Assembly (NCBI GenBank): GCA_018334915.1
Contig: JAGXLB010000001.1
Span: 11,017 to 75,016, forward strand
Origin: Candidatus Bipolaricaulota bacterium
GTDB lineage: Bacteria > Bipolaricaulota > Bipolaricaulia > M55B111
Direction of reading: 5' to 3'
Length of the DNA stretch: 64,000 nt
Shown here: positions 27,617 to 37,622 of the stretch, piece after piece
Layout: each line of letters opens with the position of its first letter
How positions within the stretch are numbered: position 1 is the first letter of the stretch
The notes under the pieces: generated by a model
Seen by the model: the letters and a program-made list of their open reading frames with translations, nothing else
The model's database searches: none
Told to the model about the DNA's origin: nothing
Translations under genes and position numbers: made by a program

Positions 27617-28471
27617 ATGACGGGTTATGGTGAGGGGGCCGAGTCTCTGGGAGAGAGGAAGATAGAGGTAAACATCCGGACTCTGAACCACGATAATACT
27701 TCTGTAAAAGTTCGAGGGTTAAGAGAAGATCAGGCGCTGACTCATAAAACCGAAAATTACGTCAAGGAATCTTTTCCCAGAGGGAGGATCGAAGTTAGAA
27801 TTAAAATAGAGGAAGGAGAAGGGCTTACTCCTGATGAACTAGATAGTGACGCGATACGCAAAAGTTTTACCAGCCTTTCCCAGCTTGCCGAAGACCTGGG
27901 AATTTCAGAAGGACCCGGCCTCGAGGACCTCATTGCGCTCGATTTGCTGGAAACAACCCCTATTTACAAAGGATCCTGGTCCAGGATTAAGGATGCTTTG
28001 AGTCAGGCGATTGAAGAGGCTCTGGCGGCCCAGGAAGAAGAAGGTCGATCAATCAGAAGGGATATGCTGGGCCACCTGGACGATATCTCTCGGCAGTTGG
28101 AGGATGCAGAAGAGGAAGTGCCAGAAGTCGTCAGGCAATACAAACGCGAGCTTGAAGACAGGATAGATAAACTGCTCGCTGAAGGTATCGATCCCGACGA
28201 GGAAAAGCTGGAACAGGAGGTTGCCTCTTTTGCCGACCGGGTCGACGTTAACGAAGAAATATCTCGGGCGAAGTCCCACATCAAAACGGCAAGGGAAACT
28301 TTGAAGGAGGGAGGCTTGGTGGGAAAGAAGCTTGAATTCATCAGACAGGAACTTCAGCGAGAGATAAATACACTGGGCGCGAAGTCAAAAGATAGCAAGA
28401 TCCAGTCAAAAGTAATTGAGATGAAACTGGCTCTGGAGAAATTCAAAGAACAATCCCGCAATCTGGCCTGA
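27617..28471 (+). CDS. yicC: YicC/YloC-family stress-induced protein
   Basis: Starts MTGYGEG (the family's typical N-terminus is MxxSMTGYG). The conserved C-terminal DUF1732 region is ELQREINTLGAKSKDSKIQSKVIEMKLALEKFKEQ. The upstream in-frame start at 27575 would overlap the MEMO1 gene. Confidence 0.85.
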   Translation: MTGYGEGAESLGERKIEVNIRTLNHDNTSVKVRGLREDQALTHKTENYVKESFPRGRIEVRIKIEEGEGLTPDELDSDAIRKSFTSLSQLAEDLGISEGPGLEDLIALDLLETTPIYKGSWSRIKDALSQAIEEALAAQEEEGRSIRRDMLGHLDDISRQLEDAEEEVPEVVRQYKRELEDRIDKLLAEGIDPDEEKLEQEVASFADRVDVNEEISRAKSHIKTARETLKEGGLVGKKLEFIRQELQREINTLGAKSKDSKIQSKVIEMKLALEKFKEQSRNLA

Positions 28472-28548
28472 TTTGCTGCGATCTATTCCAAAATATGGTT
28501 ACAGATGCCACTGATGAAGGAGCTGATAAATGTTTGAGGTCGATAAGT

Positions 28549-29148
28549 ATGAAGTTTGACGATTCCTACGGAGAATACAGAAAAAGCGGAATATTTTTCG
28601 TTATAACAGGGCCTTCGGGCGTTGGTAAGACGACGCTCATGAACCGGGCACTGGAAAGGGACGAAAGACTTGCCTACTCTGTTTCCCACACTACGAGGAG
28701 TAAAAGAGCGGGAGAGGTAGATGGCGAGGACTACCACTTCGTTGACAGGAATGAATTTGAGGAAATGGTTGAAAGAGAAGGCTTTCTGGAATGGGCCGAA
28801 TTCTGTGGGGACTACTACGGTACTTCCAGAGAAGAGATAAAAAGCATCAAACGAGAAGAGTCCGATCCTTTTCTGGATATCGACGTCCAGGGGGCCAAGC
28901 AGCTCAGATCAGACCCTTCTCTGGATGCGGTTTTTGTATTTTTAGCGCCGCCTTCCCTTGAAGAACTGGAGCGGAGGATAATGGACCGGGGAGCGGAAAC
29001 CGAGGACACAATAGAAAAACGAATAAGGATTGCCCGGAATGAACTGTCCCGGATACCCGAGTTTGACTATTTAGTAGTAAATAAAGAAATAAAAGAAGCT
29101 GTCAGTGACCTAGAAGCCATAATTAGAGCTGAACGACTTAAAGTATAA
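28549..29148 (+). CDS. gmk: Guanylate kinase
   Basis: P-loop GPSGVGKTTL, then SHTTRSKRAGEVDGEDYHFV and the LID/NMP regions. I prefer the ATG at 28549 (MKFDDSYGEY) over the upstream start at 28495. Confidence 0.9.
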   Translation: MKFDDSYGEYRKSGIFFVITGPSGVGKTTLMNRALERDERLAYSVSHTTRSKRAGEVDGEDYHFVDRNEFEEMVEREGFLEWAEFCGDYYGTSREEIKSIKREESDPFLDIDVQGAKQLRSDPSLDAVFVFLAPPSLEELERRIMDRGAETEDTIEKRIRIARNELSRIPEFDYLVVNKEIKEAVSDLEAIIRAERLKV

Positions 29149-29163
29149 CCAGAATATAACAAG

Positions 29164-29538
29164 GTGGTGTCCGGGATCGGTATAGGTGGTATAGGAATAG
29201 ATCTCGTGAAAGTCCCGAGAATAAAGCGTCTGGCTGATAAATGGGGCCGTAAATTTCTGGAAAGGGTCTTTACCAAGGCGGAACGGGATTATTGTCTGTC
29301 AGGACGAAGACAGTACGAGCACCTGGCGGGTCGGTTTGCAGCCAAGGAAGCGGTAATAAAGGCTCTCGGTATAAAGATTCCCTGGAAATCAATTAAAGTG
29401 GAATCGGACCGTAACGGTAGGCCGTTTGTTCTGGTTGAGAGTGATAATGAGAAAACGATTTTCTCAACAGGGGATCTACATGTATCGATCACCCATCTGG
29501 AGTACTATGCCATTGCCATTGCCGTAGTTGAGGACTGA
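29164..29538 (+). CDS. acpS: Holo-[acyl-carrier-protein] synthase
   Basis: 124 aa; GIGIDLV..., FTKAERDYC and ...AAKEAVIKALG, typical of 4'-phosphopantetheinyl transferase AcpS. GTG start. Confidence 0.85.
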   Translation: MVSGIGIGGIGIDLVKVPRIKRLADKWGRKFLERVFTKAERDYCLSGRRQYEHLAGRFAAKEAVIKALGIKIPWKSIKVESDRNGRPFVLVESDNEKTIFSTGDLHVSITHLEYYAIAIAVVED

Positions 29539-29676
29539 TTTTTACCAATAAATATCTGAGAACCCCACGGCTTGCCCGGGGATGAATCAGCTGGTTTTTG
29601 GTCCCCAGCACTCAATTCGGAACTCTTGTTGTATTCGTTTCTATTACAATTTAGCAGGGCGAATTTAGTACTGGAA

Positions 29677-29745
29677 GATTAACTGCCGGGTCTCGTTTTG
29701 TAAAAGACTGAAAAAACTACTTAAAAGGGGTTTTCTAAAAGCCCC
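29677..29745 (+). repeat. Intergenic repeat, X-module copy 2 (related to 22145..22212)
   Basis: See the feature at 22145..22212. Located between the convergent acpS (+) and plsY (-) genes, and followed by a second GC hairpin, CCCCG-GCCCTTG-CGGGG. Confidence 0.75.
29711..29745 (-). terminator. Intrinsic terminator (minus strand) embedded in X copy 2, downstream of plsY
   Basis: On the minus strand: GGGGCTTTTAGAAAACCCC hairpin followed by TTTTAAGTAGTTTTTTC. Confidence 0.55.
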
Positions 29746-29808
29746 GGCCCTTGCGGGGTTCTGGGCTCCTGAACTGGGAGAGTCTCAAATTGGTGGAATC
29801 CGGGGGGC

Positions 29809-30390
29809 CTAGATTGTTCGCTCCTCGCCCCGAATGAGTCTGGTTATATTGCTTCGGTGGGTGAGATAAATAAGGCAGACCAGAGCCAGTGAAATCCAGA
29901 GCAACGGGGTCTTAACGCCAAAGAAATAGAAAGTCACAGGGGTGGAGGATATAGCTACTAGAGAGCTGAGTCCGGCGATATCCCAGATGAGCAGGACAGT
30001 GATCCAGATTAATACGAAAATTAGACCGGCGAAAGGAGAGACATAGCTTATAACTCCAAGAGAGGTGGCTACTCCCTTACCTCCGGAGAACTGAAGAAAA
30101 GGGTTAACCACGTGACCGAGTACCGCCAGAAAACCCAGCCCTAGAGGGAGGCCAAGCTGGTGCATCAAAAAAGCCGCCACTATTCCCTTTCCAACGTCCA
30201 TAATCAAGGCGGCAACCCCATAGCTTTTGCCGCATACCCGAGAGACGTTGGAGGCTCCGGGGTTTCCGGAGCCATGTTGCCTTACGTCGGTATCAAGAAA
30301 AACCTTGGGAATTAGGTAGCTAAAAGGAATAGCACCGATTAAATAGGACGCAAGAGCGGATACTGGGAGAAGGAATAAGTTACCGATCAT
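29809..30390 (-). CDS. plsY: Glycerol-3-phosphate acyltransferase PlsY
   Basis: 193 aa membrane protein; GAIPFSYLI...GSGNPGASN...GKGVAT, typical of PlsY. Confidence 0.9.
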   Translation of the reverse strand: MIGNLFLLPVSALASYLIGAIPFSYLIPKVFLDTDVRQHGSGNPGASNVSRVCGKSYGVAALIMDVGKGIVAAFLMHQLGLPLGLGFLAVLGHVVNPFLQFSGGKGVATSLGVISYVSPFAGLIFVLIWITVLLIWDIAGLSSLVAISSTPVTFYFFGVKTPLLWISLALVCLIYLTHRSNITRLIRGEERTI

Positions 30391-30398
30391 CCGGTACG

Positions 30399-32072
30399 TT
30401 AAAGTCCTTTGTCCTCAAGGTGTTCCCTCATCGAGATAGTTTCGTGTCCGCTTTCCCCTTCATCGGAATTGTTTCCCCGAGTCTCTCCTTTCTCTTCTTC
30501 CTGAAGGATTCTTATGGAAAGACGAACCTGCCTTTTTTCGTCGTTGATCCCTATTATCTTTGCTTCTACCTCGTCGCCTACTTCCAGTACGTCCTCAGGC
30601 GTAGAGACATTTTCGGTAGAGATTTCGGAGACGTGGATAAGACCTTCGACGTCATCTGTAATCTGAATGAACGCACCGAAGTCCTTTAATTCGGATATTT
30701 CTCCTTTGACTTTCGAGCCTACCGAATAGAGATCCTGGAATTCGTGCCACGGATCCTTCTGGGCCTGTTTGATACTCAGGCTTATCCTTCGATCCTGTTT
30801 GTTTACCTCGAGCACCTGGGTATTGACCTTGTCGCCTTCTGATAACATATCGCTTGGGTGGTTTACATGATCCCAGGATAGTTCGGAAACGTGAACTAAT
30901 CCCTCAACGCCTTCTTCTAGCTGAACGAACGCCCCGAAGTCTGTGACCTTGGTAACTTTACCGCTTACCTCGGTTCCCGGTTCGTAAATGTCCTCTATTT
31001 TCTCCCACGGATCCTGCTGGGCTTTTCTGACCGAGAGGCTAATTCTCTGTTCTTCCTCGTCGACTTCCAGTACCTCGGCTTCCACGGTTTCCCCCACGTC
31101 TACAACTTCGTGTGGGTCCTCAGGATAGCCCCAGGACAATTCTGAAATATGGATGAGACCTTCGACGTCCTCTTCAAGCTCGATAAACGCACCGAAGTCC
31201 GTAATCGACACCACTTCTCCTTCCACGATCTCGCCGACGGGGTATCTGTCTGAAACTCCTTCCCACGGGTTCGGCGTCAACCGTTTTATAGACAGAGAAA
31301 TTTTTTCTTCCTCTCTATCCAGGTCGATTACTTTCACGTCGACTTCGTCCCCTTCCTCGTAGTCGTCGGGAGGAGCGGGAAGATCCTTCCAGCTAATTTC
31401 CGACCTATGGACCAGCCCTTCGAAACCACCTATGTCGACAAACAGGCCGAAATCCACCACCGACTTTATTTCCCCTGTTATCGTCTCCCCTACTTCGAGT
31501 TCCTCGAAAATTTCGTCAATTCGTTCTTCCTGTTTCTCGCTCAGGTACTCTCTGCGAGATATTACGATGTTTCGGTTTTTTCGGGATAGCTCAAGTATTT
31601 TAAATTTGAGTTCCTTTCCCTTCAACTCCGAGATTACGCTCGGCATATCAGAACCTAAGTGGGATCCCGGCAGGAAAGCCTGAATACCGTCTATATTTAC
31701 GTGATAACCGGCGCTTTTTACTTCCTCGGTAATAGTCCCGGTAATTGTCTCGTCGCTCTTGAATGCTTCCTCGAGTTCTCCGATCTTCCTCTCGTAGGCC
31801 GCTTGCTTCTCCGATACGTAGACAGTACCTTTTTCCTCGTCAATATAAGTTACCAGGACCTCGACCTCTTCTCCCGTGTCGATTCCCTCTTCTTCTCTGA
31901 ACGGGGACAGTTCCGACTTGGGCAGTATGCCCTCGGATTTATAACCGATATCCACTAAAATGTCCTTCTCTTCTACCTGGACGACACTACCCGTAATAGT
32001 ATCGCCCCTGCTATACGTCCTAACGTCAGTTTCATCAAACGCTTCTTCCATCTTAATTTTCTCTTCCATCAA
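30399..32072 (-). CDS. rpsA: 30S ribosomal protein S1
   Basis: 557 aa with six tandem S1 (OB-fold) domains (repeated G..V.G.V..I.DFGAFV motifs); acidic C-terminal tail. Confidence 0.95.
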   Translation of the reverse strand: MMEEKIKMEEAFDETDVRTYSRGDTITGSVVQVEEKDILVDIGYKSEGILPKSELSPFREEEGIDTGEEVEVLVTYIDEEKGTVYVSEKQAAYERKIGELEEAFKSDETITGTITEEVKSAGYHVNIDGIQAFLPGSHLGSDMPSVISELKGKELKFKILELSRKNRNIVISRREYLSEKQEERIDEIFEELEVGETITGEIKSVVDFGLFVDIGGFEGLVHRSEISWKDLPAPPDDYEEGDEVDVKVIDLDREEEKISLSIKRLTPNPWEGVSDRYPVGEIVEGEVVSITDFGAFIELEEDVEGLIHISELSWGYPEDPHEVVDVGETVEAEVLEVDEEEQRISLSVRKAQQDPWEKIEDIYEPGTEVSGKVTKVTDFGAFVQLEEGVEGLVHVSELSWDHVNHPSDMLSEGDKVNTQVLEVNKQDRRISLSIKQAQKDPWHEFQDLYSVGSKVKGEISELKDFGAFIQITDDVEGLIHVSEISTENVSTPEDVLEVGDEVEAKIIGINDEKRQVRLSIRILQEEEKGETRGNNSDEGESGHETISMREHLEDKGL

Positions 32073-32245
32073 ACGACCACCTATTAATTAGAAGTTTAAC
32101 AAGCCTCACCTTCTGGGCTTGTGGATTTACCGACTTTGCAAGGGTGATAATATAATAACCTCTCTGTTACTTTGAATCAACAGGAAAGATAGGATAAAAT
32201 TTCATTTCATACTGTTGAGGCATATGTGTATCTGGTTTTGTTGAC

Positions 32246-32899
32246 TTAAAGCTGATTAATGTGGTCCATGAGTTCAATGCTAAGTGCCTGGTAATCGAAA
32301 TTTTCACCAGTATGTGTATCTTCGGACTCCCTCCCGCCGGTCGAAGATAGTTTCAATTTCTCGAGATCAATAGGGGGTCCAATAGTCAATTTCGCTGGAG
32401 CGAAGAAGAAAGGAAATTCCGTGGGACTTCGGTCGTATTCGATTTTTAGCGGAAGGAACCTTCTGTTGGTCTTCTCTGCCAGTCTTACGGTACCACTTTT
32501 TGGGGCAGAGTCTTCTGAGGTCGTTCCTTCTGGGAATACACAGATTGGCCCCTTTTGTTTGAATGTTTTTAGCATATTGATTAGGTCCTTCTTTCCAAAT
32601 TTGTCTCTGTTTATCGTGGTGGAATAAGTCCTTACCGGTAACGAGAATATTGGATTGTTTAATAAACCTTCCCTGGCTATAAAATGAATTTTTCGCCGGA
32701 GCCCAAAAGTTATTCCTATTAATGGAGGGTCCCAGTAACTTGAATGAGTTGAGGTAATTACCAGATCTTCCGTTTTTTCGGGGATATTTTTTTTACCCCT
32801 CACTTTTAGCCTGAATAACAGTTTGGAAATGAGGTAGATTATCACAAGAAGCCCTACATAACCCAGTCTGTGAAGAAACTCACCTATTTTTTCTTTCAC
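32246..32899 (-). CDS. plsC: 1-acyl-sn-glycerol-3-phosphate acyltransferase (LPLAT family)
   Basis: 217 aa; N-terminal TM helix, HxxxxD box (HSSYWD) and the FPEGT motif. Confidence 0.85.
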   Translation of the reverse strand: MKEKIGEFLHRLGYVGLLVIIYLISKLLFRLKVRGKKNIPEKTEDLVITSTHSSYWDPPLIGITFGLRRKIHFIAREGLLNNPIFSLPVRTYSTTINRDKFGKKDLINMLKTFKQKGPICVFPEGTTSEDSAPKSGTVRLAEKTNRRFLPLKIEYDRSPTEFPFFFAPAKLTIGPPIDLEKLKLSSTGGRESEDTHTGENFDYQALSIELMDHINQL

Positions 32900-32905
32900 C
32901 TGGAA

Positions 32906-33532
32906 TCACTTCTCTCGAGTTTTGTGTTCGGTGATTATCCCGGAAACCTTTTTTAATACTTCCTTTTCGGATAACGATGTCGTATCGATGATTACCGCGT
33001 CTTCAGCAGGTTTGAGCGGGGCCAATTCCCGTGTCTGATCACGTTTATCGCGCTTTTTGATCCCCGCCTCGATTTCTTCTATGGATCGGTCAGTTTCCAT
33101 CTGTTTTTTCCTCCGACCTGCCCGCTCCTCCGCCGTAGCTGTAAGATAAATCTTGACCTCAGCCTCGGTTAAAACCGCCGTTCCGATATCCCTGCCTTCG
33201 ACAAGCACGTCCCTGTCTTTAGCTATATCGATAATTCTTTCGTTTACGAGCTCCCTGATTACTTCTTTTTTAGCCATCTTTGAGGCTTTCTCACCGATTT
33301 CCTCCCTGGTGAGTTCTTCACTGGGCTTTTCCCCACCTATAACCAGTTCCGGCTCCGTCTTATCACAGGGGATTAGTGAGAGTGAATCGAGATCAAAGTC
33401 GTTGATTTTCCCGTAGGCCAATGCTCTGTAGAGTTGACCGGACTGAATAAATAACAGCGAAAACCTCCTGGCAACCTTCCTTCCTACGCTGGTTTTTCCT
33501 ACTCCAGCCGGTCCGTCTATCGTCACCTGCAT
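32906..33532 (-). CDS. cmk: Cytidylate kinase
   Basis: 208 aa; P-loop GPAGVGKTSV, YRAL, and DGRDIGTAVL. Confidence 0.9.
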   Translation of the reverse strand: MQVTIDGPAGVGKTSVGRKVARRFSLLFIQSGQLYRALAYGKINDFDLDSLSLIPCDKTEPELVIGGEKPSEELTREEIGEKASKMAKKEVIRELVNERIIDIAKDRDVLVEGRDIGTAVLTEAEVKIYLTATAEERAGRRKKQMETDRSIEEIEAGIKKRDKRDQTRELAPLKPAEDAVIIDTTSLSEKEVLKKVSGIITEHKTREK

Positions 33533-33536
33533 ACGA

Positions 33537-34430
33537 TTAACCCTCCTGTTCCTGTATTAGCTGGCCGTGGTTCGTGGGCCTCGCCACTATCACTTTTGCT
33601 TCCTCGGATATAGACCGCAAATCTTCTTCTAACTCTTCTTTAATCTCTTCTGAAGATACGTCTTTCCGAGAAATACCAAATATCGAACTACCACTTCCTG
33701 CCAACCCAGCCGCTTTGACCGTGGAAGAGTTTTGTAGAAGGTCTACGTAAGTTTCCAGTTCTGGGTTTAAGTCTAATGAGGCACGCTGGAGGTCGTTTTC
33801 CACTGTAAAATTTCCGATTCCGGGAGGATTGTCTCGGTAGTCTTTGGCAGGCTGTTTGTCGAAACTACCCCGCAGTTGATCAAACTTTGAATATACTTCC
33901 GAAGTAAGCTGGGAAAAAGGGGGTATAATTAAGGGAATCAACCGATCCCGAAATATATTCTCCTTCTTACTCAACTCTGAACCTTTCCCTTTACCGGTGC
34001 AGTATCCTCCGTAAAAGAAAAAGGGTACGTCAGCTCCGAACTCCTTTCCTAACCCTATGAGTGATTTTCGGGTGAGACCACAGCCCCATAGCCGATTAAG
34101 GCAGATAAGCGTGGTAGCCGCGTTGGAACTTCCTCCTCCCAGCCCTCCTCCAATCGGGATTCTTTTTTCCAGCGTGACATTTGCTCCCTGCTTCACGGAA
34201 CATGAATTTTTAAGCTTTTTCCCGGCCCTGTAACATAAATTATCTTCCTTCGGGATATCGACCCCGGTCGAGACCCTGATAACTCCCTGATTAGAGGATT
34301 CGAAAGTCATCCGGTCCGCCAGATTGATGCTCAAAAAACTGATATCGAGGTCGTGATATCCCCCATCTAACTTTCCCAGTACTTTTAACCGCGGATTAAC
34401 TTTGGCAAAAGCTTTAGCTAAAATTTTCAA
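33537..34430 (-). CDS. ispE: 4-diphosphocytidyl-2-C-methyl-D-erythritol kinase
   Basis: 297 aa; GHMP kinase motif IPIGGGLGGGSSNAA and the conserved N-terminal AKVN.L.V. Confidence 0.9.
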   Translation of the reverse strand: MKILAKAFAKVNPRLKVLGKLDGGYHDLDISFLSINLADRMTFESSNQGVIRVSTGVDIPKEDNLCYRAGKKLKNSCSVKQGANVTLEKRIPIGGGLGGGSSNAATTLICLNRLWGCGLTRKSLIGLGKEFGADVPFFFYGGYCTGKGKGSELSKKENIFRDRLIPLIIPPFSQLTSEVYSKFDQLRGSFDKQPAKDYRDNPPGIGNFTVENDLQRASLDLNPELETYVDLLQNSSTVKAAGLAGSGSSIFGISRKDVSSEEIKEELEEDLRSISEEAKVIVARPTNHGQLIQEQEG

Positions 34431-34586
34431 ACTGAAAACCCCACTCCTGGTTATTTTTCTTTCCTTTTAAAAGATCAAAAGCCATTATACCCGGCAGGGG
34501 AAGGGTGGACAAGAGTTTCCCGTGCCAACCTGCTGGAAGAGCCAGCCTCGCTTAACTATAATATATTAAGATGAAAGGAGGACAAG

Positions 34587-35477
34587 TTGAAATCCGGATT
34601 CGTTCACCTCTTGGGTAAGTCAAATGTCGGTAAATCCACTTTTGTAAATAAGATAGTAGGGGATAAAGTTTCCATAACTTCCGACAAACCCCAGACTACG
34701 CGCAATAGAATAAATTGTATTTATAACCGTGATGATGCCCAAGTTGTATTTCTGGATACACCCGGCATCCACAAACCCGACAACTCACTGGGCAGTTACC
34801 TGGTAGAAGAGGCGAAGAAGGGGATAAAAGGTTCAGATCTGATTCTTTATATGGTCGAGCCCTGGGAGGAGGTTCTCGGGGACGAGCGTCCTTTCCTCAA
34901 GAAGATTTCAAGCCAGAAAGAAGACGTTTTTCTACTGGTAAATAAGGTAGACATTCATTCGCCAGCGGAAATAGCCAGAACTCTCGAAGCTTACGAGAAC
35001 GAAGGGATCTTTCAGGAATATATCCCGGTCTCGGCTTTGACAGGGGACGGTATCGATATAGCACTAAATAAAATTATCGAGTATCTACCGGAAGGAAATA
35101 GGCTCTTCCCCGAAGACGTTTCCACCGATAAGCCTCTTGAATTCCTGATGTCGGAACTCGTAAGGGAAAAAGTTTACGAATTAACTTACGAAGAGTTGCC
35201 CTACTCCGTTGCAACCCGGACTAAGTCCTACGAATTCAGAGATGAAGAGGACCTGCTGGAAGTATATATTGATATTTTCGTGGTAAGGGGGTCCCAGAAA
35301 GGAATCATAATTGGCAAGAAGGGTCAGAAGATTAAGGAAATTGGTAAGAGAGCCCGTAAAGACCTGGAAAAGCTGACAGGTAGAAAAGTGTATCTGGATC
35401 TGAAAGTGAAAGTGGCAAAGAACTGGAATAGAAAGTCCGATTCCGTAGAGTCTTTGGCTGGTTTTGATACTGAATGA
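34587..35477 (+). CDS. era: GTPase Era
   Basis: 296 aa; G1 motif GKSNVGKST, DTPG, NKVD, and a C-terminal KH domain (VVRGSQKGIIIGKKGQKIKEIG). Confidence 0.95.
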   Translation: MKSGFVHLLGKSNVGKSTFVNKIVGDKVSITSDKPQTTRNRINCIYNRDDAQVVFLDTPGIHKPDNSLGSYLVEEAKKGIKGSDLILYMVEPWEEVLGDERPFLKKISSQKEDVFLLVNKVDIHSPAEIARTLEAYENEGIFQEYIPVSALTGDGIDIALNKIIEYLPEGNRLFPEDVSTDKPLEFLMSELVREKVYELTYEELPYSVATRTKSYEFRDEEDLLEVYIDIFVVRGSQKGIIIGKKGQKIKEIGKRARKDLEKLTGRKVYLDLKVKVAKNWNRKSDSVESLAGFDTE

Positions 35478-35496
35478 ACTATCACAGGAGGGAGAA

Positions 35497-36171
35497 ATGA
35501 AAAAATCTGACGTAGCGCCTTTAATCGATCATACCACTCTGGGACCTGAGTCTTCGGAAGAAGACGTAAAAGAAGTATGCCGGGAAGCGAAAGAGTACAG
35601 TTTTGCCTCGGTTTGTATTGAACCTATCTACGTTAGAACTGCAAAAGATATGCTAAAAGAGACGGATGTTAAGGTCGATACCGTGGTTGGTTTCCCGCAC
35701 GGAACTCACAAACGGGGGGCAAAAGGATTCGAGGCCCAGCTGGCGATAGAAGACGGTGCGGATGAGCTTGATATGGTGGTGAATATCCCCGCTTTGCAAA
35801 GAGGGGATTACGAAGTGGTTGCTCGAGACATAGCTGCAGTTACCGAAGCCGCGGAAGGAAGTACAAAGGACGTACTCGTAAAAGTTATCCTGGAAATGGG
35901 CCTGCTGGAAGAAGAGGCCAAGCGGGCCGGTTGTGTGATAGCTCAGGCCAGTGGCGCCGATTTCGTTAAGACCTCAACGGGGTTTGGTCCTTCCGGTGCC
36001 ACTGTCGAGGACGTAAAACTAATGAGCAGTGTAGTCTCGGACGACGTTGGCGTAAAAGCCGCCGGAGGTATAGGCGACTTCGAAGCGGCTAAAGAAATGG
36101 TAGAAGCGGGTGCCACCAGGATAGGTGCGAGTAGCGGCGTTGAGATAGTGCAGGGTGCACCGGAAGGTTAG
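35497..36171 (+). CDS. deoC: Deoxyribose-phosphate aldolase
   Basis: LIDHTTL..., FASVCIEP, VVGFPHG, VKTSTGF (the Schiff-base Lys) and VKAAGGI. I prefer the ATG at 35497, which has an AGGAGGGAG RBS, over the upstream start overlapping era. Confidence 0.9.
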   Translation: MKKSDVAPLIDHTTLGPESSEEDVKEVCREAKEYSFASVCIEPIYVRTAKDMLKETDVKVDTVVGFPHGTHKRGAKGFEAQLAIEDGADELDMVVNIPALQRGDYEVVARDIAAVTEAAEGSTKDVLVKVILEMGLLEEEAKRAGCVIAQASGADFVKTSTGFGPSGATVEDVKLMSSVVSDDVGVKAAGGIGDFEAAKEMVEAGATRIGASSGVEIVQGAPEG

Positions 36172-36192
36172 GTTAACAGTAAACTTCTATTA

Positions 36193-36939
36193 ATGGCATT
36201 AGAAAAAGCCACTGTATTTGTCATTCGGAAGGTAAATTTTAAGGATAGCGACTACGTGGTAACTCTATTTGGAAGGGAATCGGGAAAATTCGCAGGAATT
36301 GCAAAGGGTGCCAGAAAGCTTGAAAGCAAATTTGGAGGTGTGTTTGATCTACTGAACCTGGTTAGGGTAGTGTTCTATCAGGGTTCTGGGCTGGAGTTTA
36401 TCAGTGAAGCCGAGTTGATCGAAAACTGGGAAGGGATAAGAAGTTCCGGTGAGGCTATTGATGCCGGCCTGCGATGCGCCCGAATAATTAATAAGCTGCT
36501 GGAAGAGGGCCAGCGAGAAATGAGAGCTTACGATTTGCTTAAGGAGACTCTATTATCTCTCGACGAAAGCCAGGTACGGGCCAGGGTGGTCGAACTGGGG
36601 TTTTATCTTAAACTTTTTCGAAATCTGGGCTACCGACCCAAGCTGAGAGAGTGTGCTAGCTGTGGCAGGTCGGTTGAAGATGAAGGGTCTGTTCGATTCT
36701 CCCCGGAGGCCGGCGGAGTAGTTTGTTCCGGTTGTTCGACGAAAAAAGAGTTTCCAGTATCCGGTGGTCTAAGGAAAGTCCTAATTAAATTAAGCGCGAC
36801 CCCTCAGGCCGGGGTTCAGCGATTGAAAGTTACGGAAAATCAGTTGCAGGAAGGATTTTCCCTTCTGGATAGGTTCGGCGAATTTCATTTCGGACAGAAG
36901 TTAATTCCCCGGGCGGGTTCCGGTACTGAACTGATGTAA
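36193..36939 (+). CDS. recO: DNA repair protein RecO
   Basis: 248 aa; N-terminal OB fold (ATVFVIRKVNFKDSDYVVTLF...GKF) and a C-terminal zinc-binding C4 (CASCG...CSGCS). Conserved era-recO neighbourhood. Confidence 0.9.
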   Translation: MALEKATVFVIRKVNFKDSDYVVTLFGRESGKFAGIAKGARKLESKFGGVFDLLNLVRVVFYQGSGLEFISEAELIENWEGIRSSGEAIDAGLRCARIINKLLEEGQREMRAYDLLKETLLSLDESQVRARVVELGFYLKLFRNLGYRPKLRECASCGRSVEDEGSVRFSPEAGGVVCSGCSTKKEFPVSGGLRKVLIKLSATPQAGVQRLKVTENQLQEGFSLLDRFGEFHFGQKLIPRAGSGTELM

Positions 36940-37037
36940 TTGTTATTTTTTTCGAGGGACAGACCCGGGGGCGGTCGGCGTCTTTTTGAATTAGCAAAAC
37001 CGATAGGTTACTATAATTTTTAACGTAGGTGAGACAA

Positions 37038-37574
37038 ATGAAAGTTAAGATAGAAGAAAGGCATATGGAGCAGAGCGACCCTTTAAGAGAATACGCCATA
37101 TCTAAAGCTGAAAGCCTACAAAAATTTTTCGATGGAATAATAAGCGTCGAAGTTACTATGGACGTGGAAAAGGAGAGAAGAACGGTTACGGTATTCGCTC
37201 ATTTAATTAATAAAAAGATAGCAAAGGCGACCGCGGAATCCGACGACATGTACGTCTCGCTGGATAGCGCAATGGATAAACTGGAACGTCAGCTAAAAAA
37301 AATTAAGGAAAAACTTAAGGACAAACATAAAGGAGAACTGGATGAGGAAGGAAGGGTTAGTTCTGACTACTTATCCTCGGACGAGGATCAGAGGGAAGAA
37401 ATAGTAAAGACGGATACTTATTTTAAGAAGCCGATGACGCCGGACGAAGCGTCTCTGCAGCTGGATGCGTATCAGCAAGATTTTCTCGTTTTTGTAAATT
37501 CGAATAAAGATCAGATAAATATAATCTACCAACGAGACGACGGCAAATACGGGTTGATCGATCCTCAGATCTAA
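37038..37574 (+). CDS. hpf: Ribosome hibernation promoting factor (long form HPF/RaiA)
   Basis: N-terminal S30AE domain (MKVKIEERHMEQSDPLREYAISKAESLQKFF) plus a C-terminal dimerisation domain (DEIVKTDTYFKKPMTPDEA...). The ATG at 37038 has a better RBS than the GTG at 37029. Confidence 0.85.
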   Translation: MKVKIEERHMEQSDPLREYAISKAESLQKFFDGIISVEVTMDVEKERRTVTVFAHLINKKIAKATAESDDMYVSLDSAMDKLERQLKKIKEKLKDKHKGELDEEGRVSSDYLSSDEDQREEIVKTDTYFKKPMTPDEASLQLDAYQQDFLVFVNSNKDQINIIYQRDDGKYGLIDPQI

Positions 37575-37622
37575 CTGACTCGGGCCGGAGCTAGCTCGAC
37601 TATCTAAGCGGGGAGCCTTTTG

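Noticed and set aside
22145-29745. The two X repeats as direct terminal repeats of a mobile or integrated element spanning about 7.6 kb
   Set aside because: The interior is core housekeeping (the Cys-rich ORF, dxr, ftsH, tRNA-Gln/Glu, MEMO1, yicC, gmk, acpS). There is no integrase, transposase or phage gene, and both copies are better explained as terminator-associated intergenic repeats.
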